Shown here piece by piece: positions 1 through 11,814 of a stretch of DNA of 64,000 nucleotides. The notes beneath the pieces are model-generated. The model was not told the DNA's origin, did not search any database, and was given only the letters and a program-made list of their open reading frames with translations. Each line of letters opens with the position of its first letter. Positions within the stretch are counted from its first letter, which is position 1. This DNA comes from Candidatus Krumholzibacteriia bacterium (lineage in GTDB: Bacteria > Krumholzibacteriota > Krumholzibacteriia > JAJRXK01): the NCBI GenBank assembly GCA_041484665.1, contig JBGPIA010000003.1, forward strand, positions 1 to 64,000, given 5' to 3'. Both the position numbers and the translations under genes were made by a program.

Positions 1-1368
<1,368 letters not shown>

Positions 1369-1493
1369 CGGAAAGTTTGCCGGCGCTTGCGCGCCTCTTG
1401 CGTATCGCAAAGTTGGCAGACAGCGCACGCCGAGCGAGCGCACGCCTGCACAACCCAATTCTCGGATTCGACGGGTCTTGCGCGCTATTCAAT

Positions 1494-1505
1494 TGTCAAA
1501 GAGCT
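1494..1505 (-). promoter_or_regulatory. boxA antitermination element in rRNA leader
   Basis: AGCTCTTTGACA on minus strand, close to the TGCTCTTTAACA consensus, ~125 nt upstream of 16S. Confidence 0.75.
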
Positions 1506-1577
1506 GGGCCACGCGCCTTGCGCACTCGGCCTTTGCCACCTGGGGTGGCGCGCCCCACGCATTGGAGCGGACTGCAG

Positions 1578-1606
1578 ACGTTAGCCCGACCCGACAACCC
1601 TGTCAA
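1578..1606 (-). promoter_or_regulatory. rrn promoter (P2-like), sigma70 type
   Basis: TTGACA-17 bp-TAACGT. Confidence 0.7.
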
Positions 1607-1680
1607 TGCGAAGTTCAAGCGGAGTTGAGGGTTCTGGATCGCAGCTGGGCAGGGACCCCCCGCCGCTGCAGCGGCACGCA

Positions 1681-1709
1681 TATATAAGCGGTGCAGGGTC
1701 TGACGTCAA
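1681..1709 (-). promoter_or_regulatory. rrn promoter (P1-like), sigma70 type
   Basis: TTGACG-17 bp-TATATA with an upstream T-tract (UP-like). Confidence 0.6.
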
Positions 1710-1934
1710 GTGTCCCACGCAAAAAATCTTGTGATGTCCCCGCCCACCATCCCATCCCGGCCGCAACGGCTGAAGAACCCGGGAGTCCTGGATGTCAACG
1801 GCGCTGGCGCCCGTTCCGCCGGCCGGGCAGCCCCGGGTCGGCCTGAAACTGGCCGCCGCCCATCCCGGCAGGTGACCCGGCCCCGGTCGGGGTTCCGGGC
1901 GGCCGCCGGACGTCCGATCTTCCTTTGAAATCAA

Positions 1935-3176
1935 TCAGTTATCGGCCCGATCGCCCACCACGATCTCACGGAAGCCCCGCTTCCCGGCCTTCAGCAAGTA
2001 GGTCTTTCCGGACGGGAGAGGAAGCAGCGCTTTGGGATCCGTGATGCGCTCACCATCCAGGGAAACGCCTCCCTGCTGGATCAGCCGCCGGGCCTCGCTG
2101 TTGGTGGTGCACAGACCCGACTCCGCGATGACCGAATAGACAGGAACCGGGTCGCCGGGCGGCAGGCGGTACTCGGTCACCGCGGTGGGAGTCTGCTTGC
2201 GGACGAAAATGCGATCGAACTCCGCCTCGGAGCTCGCGGCGGCCTGCGGGCCGTGGTACTGCGCCACGATGTCGGCCGCGAGCTCTCGCTTCAGATGGCT
2301 CGGGTTGACGCTTGGATCCCGCAATCGGGCGCGCATCGCGTCGAGCTCATCCTCCCCCAGGCTGCTCACCAGCTCGAACCAGGCGGGCATCAGGCCGTCG
2401 GGAATCGACATCACCTTGCCGAACATCTCCTGCGGCGCCTCCTGGATGCCGATGGCATTGCCCATGCTCTTGCTCATCTTCTCGACGCCGTCGAGCCCGG
2501 GCAAGAGGGGGAGCGTCAGGACCGTCTGCGGGTGCTGCCCGTATTCCCGCTGGAGCTCGCGGCCGACCAGCAGGTTGAACTTCTGGTCCGTGCCGCCAAT
2601 CTCGACGTCGCTGCGCAGCGCGACGGAGTCGTAGCCCTGGAAAAGCGGGTAGAGGAACTCCTGCAGGCTGATGGGTTGGTTGGTGGTGTAGCGCTTGTGG
2701 AAATCGTCGCGCTCGAGTATGCGCGCCACGGTGGCACGGGCCGCGAGCTGCAGGACGTCCACCGCGCTCAGCTGCGCGGACCACTCGCTATTGAAGCGGA
2801 CCTCGGTCTTGCGCTCGTCGAGGACGCGAAAAACCTGGTGCTTGTACGTTTCGGCGTTGGCCTGCACCTGTTCGCGGGAGAGCATCGGGCGCGTCTCGTT
2901 GCGTCCGGACGGATCGCCGATCATCCCGGTGAAGTCGCCGATGAGGAAGATGACCTGATGGCCGAGGTCCTGGAACTGACGCAGCTTGCGCAGGCTGACG
3001 GTGTGGCCCAGGTGGAGGTCCGGCGACGACGCGTCGAAACCTTCCTTCACGCGCAGCGGAACTCCCGTGCGCAGAGAGTGTTCCAGCTTCTGCTCGAGTT
3101 CCCCCGCCGGAAGCAGTTCGGCCACTCCTCGCATGAGGAGACGAAGCTGCTCGTGCACCTGCTGGCTGACGCTCAC
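1935..3176 (-). CDS. tyrS: Tyrosine--tRNA ligase
   Basis: [18 protein letters not shown]-terminal S4 domain. GTG start at 3176 inferred. Confidence 0.97.
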   Translation of the reverse strand: MSVSQQVHEQLRLLMRGVAELLPAGELEQKLEHSLRTGVPLRVKEGFDASSPDLHLGHTVSLRKLRQFQDLGHQVIFLIGDFTGMIGDPSGRNETRPMLSREQVQANAETYKHQVFRVLDERKTEVRFNSEWSAQLSAVDVLQLAARATVARILERDDFHKRYTTNQPISLQEFLYPLFQGYDSVALRSDVEIGGTDQKFNLLVGRELQREYGQHPQTVLTLPLLPGLDGVEKMSKSMGNAIGIQEAPQEMFGKVMSIPDGLMPAWFELVSSLGEDELDAMRARLRDPSVNPSHLKRELAADIVAQYHGPQAAASSEAEFDRIFVRKQTPTAVTEYRLPPGDPVPVYSVIAESGLCTTNSEARRLIQQGGVSLDGERITDPKALLPLPSGKTYLLKAGKRGFREIVVGDRADN

Positions 3177-3247
3177 GGGGGAGTCTCCCGGCGGCTGCGG
3201 GGGCTGTCGGCAGTGCGCACGCAACGCGCTCTCGGCGCGGCGCGAGG

Positions 3248-3276
3248 ACGCTATCAAGCGCCCCCGGGAGTGTCAA
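3248..3276 (-). promoter_or_regulatory. putative tyrS promoter
   Basis: TTGACA-17 bp-TAGCGT. Confidence 0.55.
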
Positions 3277-3380
3277 GGCGGGCCGGTCCGCTTGCCGGGG
3301 TCGGTCAAAGCAGGTAGGTTGGCGGCATCGGTAGGGGCGCTGTCGCAAGGGCGGCGGCGCGGCCGAAGGAGCGTTGCGGC

Positions 3381-5549
3381 ATGCGACGGTTAAGGTGGGA
3401 CGGGACGTCCGGGCGGCTGCGCGCGTTCGGCCAGTGGCAGGTGTCCACCCGCTGGGTGCGCGTTGCCCTCGCCGTCGCGGCCAGCATGATCTGCGTGGGG
3501 CTGGGCGTCGCGGCGGTCGTCGTGCACAGCCTCTCGCGGGACCTCCCCTCGCCCGAACGCCTGCTGACCATCCGCCCGCCGACCAAGACCCTCATCTTCT
3601 CGGCCAGCGGCGACACCCTCCACGAATTCTTCGTCCAGAATCGCGTCGCCATCCGGTTGGAGGACGCGCCAGAGGGCCTCGTGAAGGCGATCATCGCCAC
3701 GGAAGACCGTCGCTTCTACCAACACTACGGCATCGATCTGGGAGGCATGATCCGCTCGGTCTGGGTGAACCTGCGAACCGGACGGCCTGCGCAGGGCGGA
3801 TCGACCATCACGCAGCAGCTTGCGCGCAGCCTCTTCCTCACGCCCACCAAGCACTGGGAGCGCAAGGTGCGCGAGATCCTGCTGGCGCTGCAGATCGAGA
3901 AGACCTACACGAAGGACGAGATCCTGGAGATGTACCTCAATGCGATCTACTTCGGGCCCGCCTACGGGTTCGAGGCGGCATCGTACGCCTTCTTCGGGAA
4001 ATCGGTGCGCGGCCTGCGCCCGGCCGAGTACACGATGCTCGTGGGCGTGCTCAACAATCCGGGCATCTACTCCCCGTTGCGCCATCTGGATCGCGCCTAC
4101 AAGCGCCGCGCGATCGTGCTGCGGCGCATGGCGGACGCCGGTCTGCTCACCGAGGAGCAGGCCAGCGCCATCGGCCAGGAGCAGGTGGAGATCCGTCCAG
4201 GTGGGCGCCGCCGCGTCACCGCGCCCTACTTCATCGAGATGGTGCGGCACTATCTCGAGGAGCACTACGGCGTGGAGCAACTGTACGAGGAGGGGCTGCG
4301 CGTCTACACCACGCTGGACGTGAGGATGCAGGACGCGGCGGAAGAGGCGCTGGAGGATCAGCTGACTCGCATCGAGACACAGCAGCACTACGCGCAGACG
4401 CGCCGCAGCTATGACGAGCAGGTGGGAGACGCCGACGAGAAGGCGCCGCCGGAGTACCTGCAGGGGGCGCTGATGAGCATGGACGCCCGCACCGGCGCCA
4501 TCCTCGCTCTGATCGGCGGGCGCGACTTCGAGGCCAGCAAGTTCAACCGCGCCATCCAGGCGCAGCGGCAGCCTGGCTCGCTGTTCAAGCCGTACGTCTA
4601 CACGGCAGCGCTGCAGCAGGGCTGGACGCCGGCGGACATCCTGCTGGACGCGCCCGTGGAGGTCGATACCGGCGGTGACGAGCTGTGGCGTCCGGTGAAT
4701 TACGACGAGACGTTCCGCGGGCCGATCACGCTGCGCGCTGCCATCGCCGGCTCGGTGAACGTGCCGGCTGTGCGCGTGATGCTGGACATCAAGCCACGGC
4801 CCGTGATCGACGTGGCCCAGAGCATGGGCATCGAGTCCCACATCCCCAACGTCTACTCCATCGCACTGGGCTCGGGCGAGGCGAACCTGCAGGAGCTGGT
4901 GACATCCTACTGCACGTTCGCCAACCACGGGATCCGCACGAAGCCCTTCTTCTTCACCAAGATCACCAACGCGCGCGGCCAGGTGCTCGAGGAGACCCAG
5001 CCCTACAACGAGGAGGTGCTGGATGAGCGGGTCAACTACGTAATGGTCGACCTGATGCGGACCGCGATCCGCGAGGGCACCGGCGCGCCTGCGCGCGCCT
5101 ACGGCTGGACGCGCGACTCGGCGGGCAAGACGGGGACCACGGACCTCAACACGGACGCCTGGTTCATCGGCTTCACGCCCGACGTGGTGTGCGGCGTGTG
5201 GACGGGCTTCGACAAGAAGATCTCCATGGGCCACAAGAAGACGGGTGCGGCGATGGCGCTGCCGATCTGGGCGACCACCATGGTGAGCGCTCTGGAGGGC
5301 ACCCCCGAGTCGCACTTCGACCGGCCCGAGGGGGTGGTGGACCGCTTCGTCTGCCGCGCATCGGGCAAGCTGGCCAGCCCTGCGTGCGCCGACGTGTACC
5401 GGGAGATCTTCATTGCGGGCATGGAGCCGGAGGTGTGCCCCATCCACCAGCCCAACGCCGGCCGCATGCGCGACCGCGCCGCGGACTTCCAGGCCCTCGA
5501 CGACCCCAGCGTCCGCGCCAACGAGTTCGGGGAGTACCGCAAGCACTGA
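3381..5549 (+). CDS. Class A penicillin-binding protein (PBP1A family)
   Basis: N-terminal TM; transglycosylase motifs EDRRFYQHYG, GGSTITQQL, RKVRE; transpeptidase SLFK, SVN, KTG. Confidence 0.95.
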   Translation: MRRLRWDGTSGRLRAFGQWQVSTRWVRVALAVAASMICVGLGVAAVVVHSLSRDLPSPERLLTIRPPTKTLIFSASGDTLHEFFVQNRVAIRLEDAPEGLVKAIIATEDRRFYQHYGIDLGGMIRSVWVNLRTGRPAQGGSTITQQLARSLFLTPTKHWERKVREILLALQIEKTYTKDEILEMYLNAIYFGPAYGFEAASYAFFGKSVRGLRPAEYTMLVGVLNNPGIYSPLRHLDRAYKRRAIVLRRMADAGLLTEEQASAIGQEQVEIRPGGRRRVTAPYFIEMVRHYLEEHYGVEQLYEEGLRVYTTLDVRMQDAAEEALEDQLTRIETQQHYAQTRRSYDEQVGDADEKAPPEYLQGALMSMDARTGAILALIGGRDFEASKFNRAIQAQRQPGSLFKPYVYTAALQQGWTPADILLDAPVEVDTGGDELWRPVNYDETFRGPITLRAAIAGSVNVPAVRVMLDIKPRPVIDVAQSMGIESHIPNVYSIALGSGEANLQELVTSYCTFANHGIRTKPFFFTKITNARGQVLEETQPYNEEVLDERVNYVMVDLMRTAIREGTGAPARAYGWTRDSAGKTGTTDLNTDAWFIGFTPDVVCGVWTGFDKKISMGHKKTGAAMALPIWATTMVSALEGTPESHFDRPEGVVDRFVCRASGKLASPACADVYREIFIAGMEPEVCPIHQPNAGRMRDRAADFQALDDPSVRANEFGEYRKH

Positions 5550-5587
5550 CGGCCCGCACAGCGCGCGCCCCGCCGGCGGCGCCCCGC

Positions 5588-6886
5588 TCAGGCCAGCCGA
5601 TCCTGCACCAGCGCAACGGAAGCGACGGGGGCCCCGTACACGGGGATCGCGTCGGCCAGACGCCTCCGGCAGCGCTCGGCCTGATCGGGGGCGCGCCCGA
5701 ACACGCGTGCCAGCGCCTCGCCCCGGCGGACCGGTTGACCGGTCTTCACGGGCACGAGCAGGCCGACGGCGAGGTCGAGGCTGTCCGTGCTGCGCAGGCG
5801 CGCGCCGCCCAGCTCCACCAGCGAGCCCCCGATCGCCTCGCAGTCCATCGGACCCACCCACCCGTCGGTCCCAGCCAGCAGCGGCTCTTGCTCCGCGGCG
5901 ATGGGCAGACGCTCTGGATCCTCGGCTGGCAGACGTCCCCCCTGGGCCTGCACCATGCGCAGGAAACGCGTCCAGGCCCGGCCATCGTCCAGGGCAGCCG
6001 CGGCCTGCTGGCGCAACTGCACCGGGTCGCCCAGCCCGGCCAGCGTTCCCATCTCCGCGACCAACTCGATGGTGAGCGTGCGCAGATCCTCTGGGCCGCC
6101 GCCGCGCAGTCCCTCCATGGCCTCCCGCACCTCGAGCGCGTGGCCCACGGCATGGCCGAGCGGCTGCCCCATGTCGGTGATCAGCACCGCCATGCGCCGT
6201 CCGGCGCGCCGCCCCGTAGCCAACAGTGCCTGGCCCAGCGCGCGCGCCTGGGCCAGGTCGCGCATGAACGCTCCCGAGCCGCATTTGAGATCGATCACGA
6301 TGTGCTGCGGACCCGCCGCGAGCTTCTTGCTCATGATGCTGCTGACGATGAGCGGGATGCAGTCCACCGAGGCGGTGACGTCGCGCAGGTGGTAGAGGCG
6401 TCGATCGGCCGGCGCGATCTCGGCGGTCTGCCCGCTGATGGCGCAGCCGATGCCGCGCACCTGCGCCACCAGCTCGTCGGGGCGCAGGTCGAGACGGAAG
6501 CCCGGAATCGCGCTCAGCTTGTCCAGCGTGCCGCCGGTGTGCCCCAGGCCGCGCCCCGAGAGCATGGGCACGTAGAGACCCAGCTCCGCCGCCAGCGGGG
6601 CCAAGAGCAGCGAGACCTTGTCCCCCACGCCCCCGGTGGAGTGCTTGTCGGCGGTGGGGCCCGGCAGGCTGGACAGATCAAGGCTGATTCCGCTGGCCTG
6701 CATGCGCTCGGTCAGCAGGTAGGTCTCCTGCGCGGTCATGCCCCGGAACCAGACCGCCATGAGCCACGCGCTGATCTGGTAGTCGGGGATGCTGCCGTCG
6801 ACCACGCCGCGCACCAGGAGGTCGAGCTCGATGGCGGTGTGCTCGCCCCCGCGCTTCTTCTTTGCGATCAGCTCGTAGGGAGTCAT
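5588..6886 (-). CDS. pdp: Pyrimidine-nucleoside/thymidine phosphorylase
   Basis: DKHSTGGVGDK, SGRGLGHTGGTLDKL, SIMSKK. Confidence 0.95.
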   Translation of the reverse strand: MTPYELIAKKKRGGEHTAIELDLLVRGVVDGSIPDYQISAWLMAVWFRGMTAQETYLLTERMQASGISLDLSSLPGPTADKHSTGGVGDKVSLLLAPLAAELGLYVPMLSGRGLGHTGGTLDKLSAIPGFRLDLRPDELVAQVRGIGCAISGQTAEIAPADRRLYHLRDVTASVDCIPLIVSSIMSKKLAAGPQHIVIDLKCGSGAFMRDLAQARALGQALLATGRRAGRRMAVLITDMGQPLGHAVGHALEVREAMEGLRGGGPEDLRTLTIELVAEMGTLAGLGDPVQLRQQAAAALDDGRAWTRFLRMVQAQGGRLPAEDPERLPIAAEQEPLLAGTDGWVGPMDCEAIGGSLVELGGARLRSTDSLDLAVGLLVPVKTGQPVRRGEALARVFGRAPDQAERCRRRLADAIPVYGAPVASVALVQDRLA

Positions 6887-6911
6887 GCGGGAAGGCGTGC
6901 GCCGCGGGCGA

Positions 6912-7772
6912 TCAGTACGCGGCCTTCGCCGTGAGTCCGTTGCCGCCGACGATCTTCACTCCTGCGCTCGCGCCGATGCGATTAGCGCCGGCGCGGATCA
7001 TGGCCTCGGCGGTGGCGCGGTCCTTGACGCCACCGCTGGCCTTTACACCGACCTCGCTGCCCACCACGCGCCGCATCAGCGCTACGTCCTCCACCGTGGC
7101 GCCCCCGCCGGCGAAACCCGTGGACGTCTTCACGTAATCGGCGCAGGCCTCCTTGGCCAGCGCGCAGGCGACCACCTTCTCCTCATCGCTGAGCAGACAG
7201 GTCTCCAGGATCACCTTGGTGCAGGCGCGGCCTTCGGTAGCCTGCACCACCGCGGCGATGTCGTCGTACACGAGGCCGTAGCGGCGACTCTTGAGCAGCC
7301 CGATGTTGAGCACCATGTCGACTTCGCCCGCCCCCTGCTCCACCGCCAGGCGCGTCTCGTAGACCTTGGTCGCCGTAGCAGCCGCGCCGAGCGGGAATCC
7401 GATCACCGTACAGGTCGTCACCGGCGAGCCGGCCAACAGCGAGGCGCACAGCGGCACCCACGTGGGGTTCACGCATACGGCGGCGAAGCGGTAGCGCACG
7501 GCCTCGGCGCACAGCGTGCGCACCTGCTCCTCGGTGGCGTCGGGCCGCAAGAGAGTGTGGTCGATTGCTCCGGCCAGCTCGGGCGGCAGGGTCTTGGCCC
7601 GCTCCCCGCACGACAGCCGGCAGGCGCCGTGATCCAGCATGGCACGCAGATGGGCCTCCTGCGGCGGCTCGACGCCGCAGGCGCACGACGCCACAGCCAG
7701 CGGGCCAGGTCCCCCGGCCAGACGCGCCATGACGCGCTCGGTGATGAGCTCGACCAGGGTGCCTGGCTGCAC
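6912..7772 (-). CDS. deoC: Deoxyribose-phosphate aldolase with N-terminal extension
   Basis: IDHTLL, VIGFPLG, KVILE, KTSTGF, KASGG, RIGAS. GTG start at 7772 with a GGAGG RBS. Confidence 0.95.
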   Translation of the reverse strand: MQPGTLVELITERVMARLAGGPGPLAVASCACGVEPPQEAHLRAMLDHGACRLSCGERAKTLPPELAGAIDHTLLRPDATEEQVRTLCAEAVRYRFAAVCVNPTWVPLCASLLAGSPVTTCTVIGFPLGAAATATKVYETRLAVEQGAGEVDMVLNIGLLKSRRYGLVYDDIAAVVQATEGRACTKVILETCLLSDEEKVVACALAKEACADYVKTSTGFAGGGATVEDVALMRRVVGSEVGVKASGGVKDRATAEAMIRAGANRIGASAGVKIVGGNGLTAKAAY

Positions 7773-7774
7773 GC

Positions 7775-8182
7775 TCAGCCTCCGCTGCGGGCCGGGCGGT
7801 AGTCGCGGAACGGATGGGCCAGCAATTCGGCCAGCCGGTACTCGGCGCGGGCGCCACGCAGGTCCGCCAGGAGCACGCGCAGCTCGGGCGCGAATTCCAC
7901 GAGGAATTGCCGGCAGGCACCGCAAGGCGGCGTCAGCACCTCGCTGGCGGTGACGATGGCAATGGCGTCAAAGCTCCGCGCGCCCTCCGCCACTGCCCGG
8001 CAGACGGCGGCCCGCTCCGCGCAAATGGACAGGCCCAAGGAGGCGTTCTCGACGTTCGCCCCGGCATGGACGCGGCCCGAGCGGTCGCGCAGCGCCGCAC
8101 CCACCGCGAACCCCGAATAGGGTGCGTGCGCGTGGCTGCGCGCCTGCGCCGCGGCCTCGATCAAAGCCTCATCATCATCCAT
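7775..8182 (-). CDS. cdd: Cytidine deaminase (homotetrameric type)
   Basis: [28 protein letters not shown]. Confidence 0.96.
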   Translation of the reverse strand: MDDDEALIEAAAQARSHAHAPYSGFAVGAALRDRSGRVHAGANVENASLGLSICAERAAVCRAVAEGARSFDAIAIVTASEVLTPPCGACRQFLVEFAPELRVLLADLRGARAEYRLAELLAHPFRDYRPARSGG

Positions 8183-8204
8183 GGGTCTTGCGGTCACGGG
8201 CGCA

Positions 8205-8233
8205 ACGGTAGACCCCGGCCTGCGCACTGTCAA
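8205..8233 (-). promoter_or_regulatory. putative cdd-deoC-pdp promoter
   Basis: TTGACA-17 bp-TACCGT. Confidence 0.5.
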
Positions 8234-8307
8234 CGCCCCCCGCCCGCGCCCGTTGCGCGGCGCACGCGCACATGGCGCCCACCCCGCTTTGCTGGCACAC
8301 TAGGGGC

Positions 8308-9708
8308 ATGGCCGACCTGTTCTGGCCCAAGGAGACGCCCGAGCCGGACGCAACAGCACCCGGCACGCAGCGCGGGCTTGGCGCGAGCGCGCAGCCGCCG
8401 TCTCCGCTGGCCGACCGCATGCGCCCACAGCGCCTGGACGAGATCGTGGGGCAGGACGCTGCCATCGGAGCGGGTACGGCGCTGCGCGCGGCGCTCTCGC
8501 GCCGCGAGCTACCCAGCCTGATCCTGTGGGGGCCGCCCGGCTGCGGCAAGACGACGCTGGCCCGCTGCCTGGCCAGCGAGGCTGGTGCGGTGTTCCTGCC
8601 GCATAGCGCCGTGACCGTGGGCGTGCGCGAGATCAAGGCCCTCATGGTCGAGGCCCGCAAGCTGCGCCGGCGCGGCGCACGGGCGCCCCTGCTGTTCCTC
8701 GACGAGATCCACCGCTTCAACAAGGCGCAGCAGGACGCGCTGCTGCCGTACGTCGAGACCGGCGACGTCGTGCTGATCGGTGCCACCACCGAGAACCCGA
8801 GTTTCGAGGTGAACAGCGCCCTGCTCTCGCGCACCCGGGTGATCGTGCTCGCGCCGTTGCAGGAGGAGCACCTGAGGACGCTGCTGCGGCGCGCCCTGGA
8901 GGATCCGCGGGGCCTGCAGGGCGCAGGCGTCGCAGCCGACGACGATGCGTTGGCGATCCTGGCGCAGCGCAGCGGCGGCGACGCACGCTTCGCGCTCGGG
9001 AGCTTGGAGCTGGCCGCCAGCGCCGTGCGGGCGAGCAACGCGCAGGCTCCCCCGCGCATCGACGCCGCGCTGGCGGCGCAGGTGGTGCAAGAGGCGCACC
9101 TGGTCTACGACCAGGCAGGCGAGGAGCACTACAATCTCATCAGCGCGCTGCACAAGTCGCTGCGCAACAGCGACGCGCAGGCCGGGATCTACTGGTTGGC
9201 CCGCATGCTGGAGTCCGGCGAGGATCCCCTGTATGTGGCGCGCCGGCTGGTGCGGTTCGCGAGCGAGGACGTCGGGCTGGCCGATCCTGCGGCGCTGGTG
9301 CAGGCGGTCGCAGCGGCGCAGGCCGTGCACCAGATCGGGATGCCCGAGGGCGCGCTGGCGCTGGCCCAGGCCGCCGTCTACCTGGCGCAGGCCCCCAAGA
9401 GCAACGCACTGTACACCGGCTACGCGGCCGCGACGCGTGCCATCGCGGACGGGCACCGCGACCCCGTCCCCCTGCAGCTGCGCAACGCCATCACCCCGCT
9501 GATGCACGATGTGGGCTACGGCGACGGCTACGACTACGCCCACGACCACGCCGCGGGCGTGGCCGCCATGGAGTGCCTGCCACCCTCGCTGCGCGACGCG
9601 GTGTTCTACCGGCCGACGGACCGGGGGTTCGAGGCGGATGCCGCGACTCGTCTGCGCGCCGCGTGGCGCGCGGCGCACCCCCGACCGGGAGGAGGAGGAG
9701 GATCGTGA
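8308..9708 (+). CDS. rarA: Replication-associated recombination protein A (MgsA/RarA)
   Basis: PLADRMRP, GPPGCGKTT, DEIHRFNKAQQD, ATTENP, SALHKS, SEDVGLADP. Confidence 0.97.
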   Translation: MADLFWPKETPEPDATAPGTQRGLGASAQPPSPLADRMRPQRLDEIVGQDAAIGAGTALRAALSRRELPSLILWGPPGCGKTTLARCLASEAGAVFLPHSAVTVGVREIKALMVEARKLRRRGARAPLLFLDEIHRFNKAQQDALLPYVETGDVVLIGATTENPSFEVNSALLSRTRVIVLAPLQEEHLRTLLRRALEDPRGLQGAGVAADDDALAILAQRSGGDARFALGSLELAASAVRASNAQAPPRIDAALAAQVVQEAHLVYDQAGEEHYNLISALHKSLRNSDAQAGIYWLARMLESGEDPLYVARRLVRFASEDVGLADPAALVQAVAAAQAVHQIGMPEGALALAQAAVYLAQAPKSNALYTGYAAATRAIADGHRDPVPLQLRNAITPLMHDVGYGDGYDYAHDHAAGVAAMECLPPSLRDAVFYRPTDRGFEADAATRLRAAWRAAHPRPGGGGGS

Positions 9709-10664
9709 TGCGGATCGCGGTGATGACCAGCGGAGGCGACTCGGCAGGGATGAACGCGGCCCTGCGCGCGGTGGTACGCGCGGCCGGCGCCCAGGGGTTC
9801 TCGGTGGTGGGAGTCGAGCGCGGCTTCATGGGCCTGGTCGAGCAGGCCTACGTACCGCTGACCAGCGCCTCGGTAAGCGGGATCATCCACCGCGGGGGCA
9901 CCATCCTGCGCACCTTCCGCTGCCCGGACTTCCTGGAGCGCGGCGTGCGCGACGAGGCGGCCAAGGGCTTCGCCCACGCGGGGATCGAGGCCCTGATCGT
10001 CATCGGCGGCGACGGGAGCCTGCGCGGAGCCCACGCCATCCAGCAGGAGTGGGGCATCCCCGTGATCGGCGTTCCCGGCAGCATCGACAACGATATCCCA
10101 GGCTCGGACTACTCCATCGGGTACGACACGGCGCTCAACATCGCCGTGGACGCCGTGGACAAGGTGCGCGACACCGCCACCAGCCACGGTCGCATCTTCG
10201 TAATCGAGGTGATGGGACGCAACTGCGGGATGTTGGCGCTGGCCACGGCGATCTGCTGCGGTGCCGAAGAAGTGCTGATTCCCGAGCGTCCCTTCGACAT
10301 GGACGAAATCTGCCGGCGGATCGAGAAGGGCTACGATCGCGGAAAGCACCACGCGATCATCATCGTGGCCGAGGGGGCCAGCCGCGCCAGCCACGTCAGC
10401 TACGAGATCCGCGGCCGGCTCGACCGCGAGGTGCGCATGGTCGTGCTCGGCCACATCCAGCGCGGCGGCAACCCCACAGCATTCGACCGCATTCTGGCCT
10501 CGCGCCTGGGTACGACCGCGGTGGAACGGCTGGCGGCGGGCGAGCACGGCGTGATGGTGGGATTGGTCGCGGACACGGTGGCGACCTCGCCGCTGATGAA
10601 GGAGGACGCGCAGCCGCGCATTCCGCTGGCCGAGTTCCTCCATATCCAGAGCTGGCTAAGCTGA
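9708..10664 (+). CDS. pfkA: 6-phosphofructokinase, ATP-type
   Basis: TSGGD, GGDGS and PGSIDND (Gly at both ATP-specificity positions), EVMGR, LGHIQRGG. Confidence 0.95.
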   Translation: MRIAVMTSGGDSAGMNAALRAVVRAAGAQGFSVVGVERGFMGLVEQAYVPLTSASVSGIIHRGGTILRTFRCPDFLERGVRDEAAKGFAHAGIEALIVIGGDGSLRGAHAIQQEWGIPVIGVPGSIDNDIPGSDYSIGYDTALNIAVDAVDKVRDTATSHGRIFVIEVMGRNCGMLALATAICCGAEEVLIPERPFDMDEICRRIEKGYDRGKHHAIIIVAEGASRASHVSYEIRGRLDREVRMVVLGHIQRGGNPTAFDRILASRLGTTAVERLAAGEHGVMVGLVADTVATSPLMKEDAQPRIPLAEFLHIQSWLS

Positions 10665-10685
10665 GGCGCTCGCCGGCTGGGCGCG

Positions 10686-11735
10686 CTACACGGAGAAGCG
10701 GAACTCGATCACGTCGCCGTCGGCCACGATGTAGTCCTTGCCCTCCAGCCGCACCGCACCGGCCGCACGCGCCGCCTTCATGTCTCCGTGGCGGCGCAGA
10801 TCGTCGTAGGGGACCACCTCGGCCCGGATGAACCCGCGCTCCAGGTCGCTGTGGATGCAACCCGCTGCGGCCGGCGCGCTCGTCCCGCCCTGGACGGTCC
10901 AGGCGCGGCACTCGTCGGGCCCCACCGTGAGGAACGAGATCAGCCCCAGGCTGGCGTAGGTGGCGCGCAAGAAGCGGTCGCGGGCCGGCTCCGTGAGCCC
11001 CAGGTGCTCCAGGAACGCCGCGCGCTCGCTCTCGTCGAGGTGGGCCAGCTCGGTCTCGATGGGCAGAGCGCATGCGCACAGCTCGTGGCGCGCCCGCGCG
11101 CACGGGTCCGTGAGAACTGCGGGCGGCGGCTGCCCGGCGGCGGCGTCGGCCAGATTGGCGAGCACCACCACGGGCTTGAGCGAGAGGAATTGGTAGCCGC
11201 GCAGCTGCCGCTGCTCCTCGGGGTGGAGCTCCAGGCTGCGTAGGGGTTGCTGTTGCTCAAGATGCGCGCACAGGCGCGCCAGCAGGGGCGCCTGTGACAC
11301 GGCATCCTTGAGGCCCTTCTTGCGGTCGGCGGCGATGCGGGCGAGGCGCCGCTCCACCAGCTCCAGGTCGGCGAGCGCGGTGGCGAGCTCGAATTCCTCC
11401 AGGTCCCCCGCGCCGCCGTTGCGCTCCGCGCGGGTGGCGAAGCGCGGTAGCACCAGCGCCAGGGCGTCGCAGGTGCGCGCCTGTGGGAGAGCAAGCAGGC
11501 CGCTGAGATCGAGCCCGGCGCAGCGTGGATCGCCGCCCAGATCGGCGAAGTCGAGGGTGGCCGGGGTCAACTTGCGCGGGCGGTAGAGCTGCGCCAGCCA
11601 GGTCAGGCGCGGGTCGGGGATGCTGACCACGGCGTCGAACGGGGCCTTGCCCCGGCGCGCCCCTTCGCCGGCCAGCAGCAACGCGAGCAGCGTGCTCTTG
11701 CCCGACTGGGGCTCGCCCACGATCCCGACCTGCAT
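10686..11735 (-). CDS. YchF/Ola1-family protein (atypical) with C-terminal TGS/DUF933 domain
   Basis: GEPQSGKST P-loop, PDPRL..L, AAGCIHSDLERGFIRAEV, RLEGKDYIVADGD. Confidence 0.88.
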   Translation of the reverse strand: MQVGIVGEPQSGKSTLLALLLAGEGARRGKAPFDAVVSIPDPRLTWLAQLYRPRKLTPATLDFADLGGDPRCAGLDLSGLLALPQARTCDALALVLPRFATRAERNGGAGDLEEFELATALADLELVERRLARIAADRKKGLKDAVSQAPLLARLCAHLEQQQPLRSLELHPEEQRQLRGYQFLSLKPVVVLANLADAAAGQPPPAVLTDPCARARHELCACALPIETELAHLDESERAAFLEHLGLTEPARDRFLRATYASLGLISFLTVGPDECRAWTVQGGTSAPAAAGCIHSDLERGFIRAEVVPYDDLRRHGDMKAARAAGAVRLEGKDYIVADGDVIEFRFSV

Positions 11736-11754
11736 GATCGCACCCTCCGGAAAC

Positions 11755-11789
11755 GCACCCACCTCGCGGGACGCCCGCGAGGTGGGTGC
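11755..11789 (-). terminator. 16-bp perfect hairpin between lipoprotein gene and ychF-like gene
   Basis: GCACCCACCTCGCGGG-acg-CCCGCGAGGTGGGTGC, followed by GTTT on minus strand. Confidence 0.6.
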
Positions 11790-11814
11790 GGCAACGCTGA
11801 TCAGAGCTTTCGGC

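Noticed and set aside
3390..6284. 964-aa minus-strand ORF
   Set aside because: Antisense/alternate-frame shadow of PBP1A and pdp caused by high-GC codon bias
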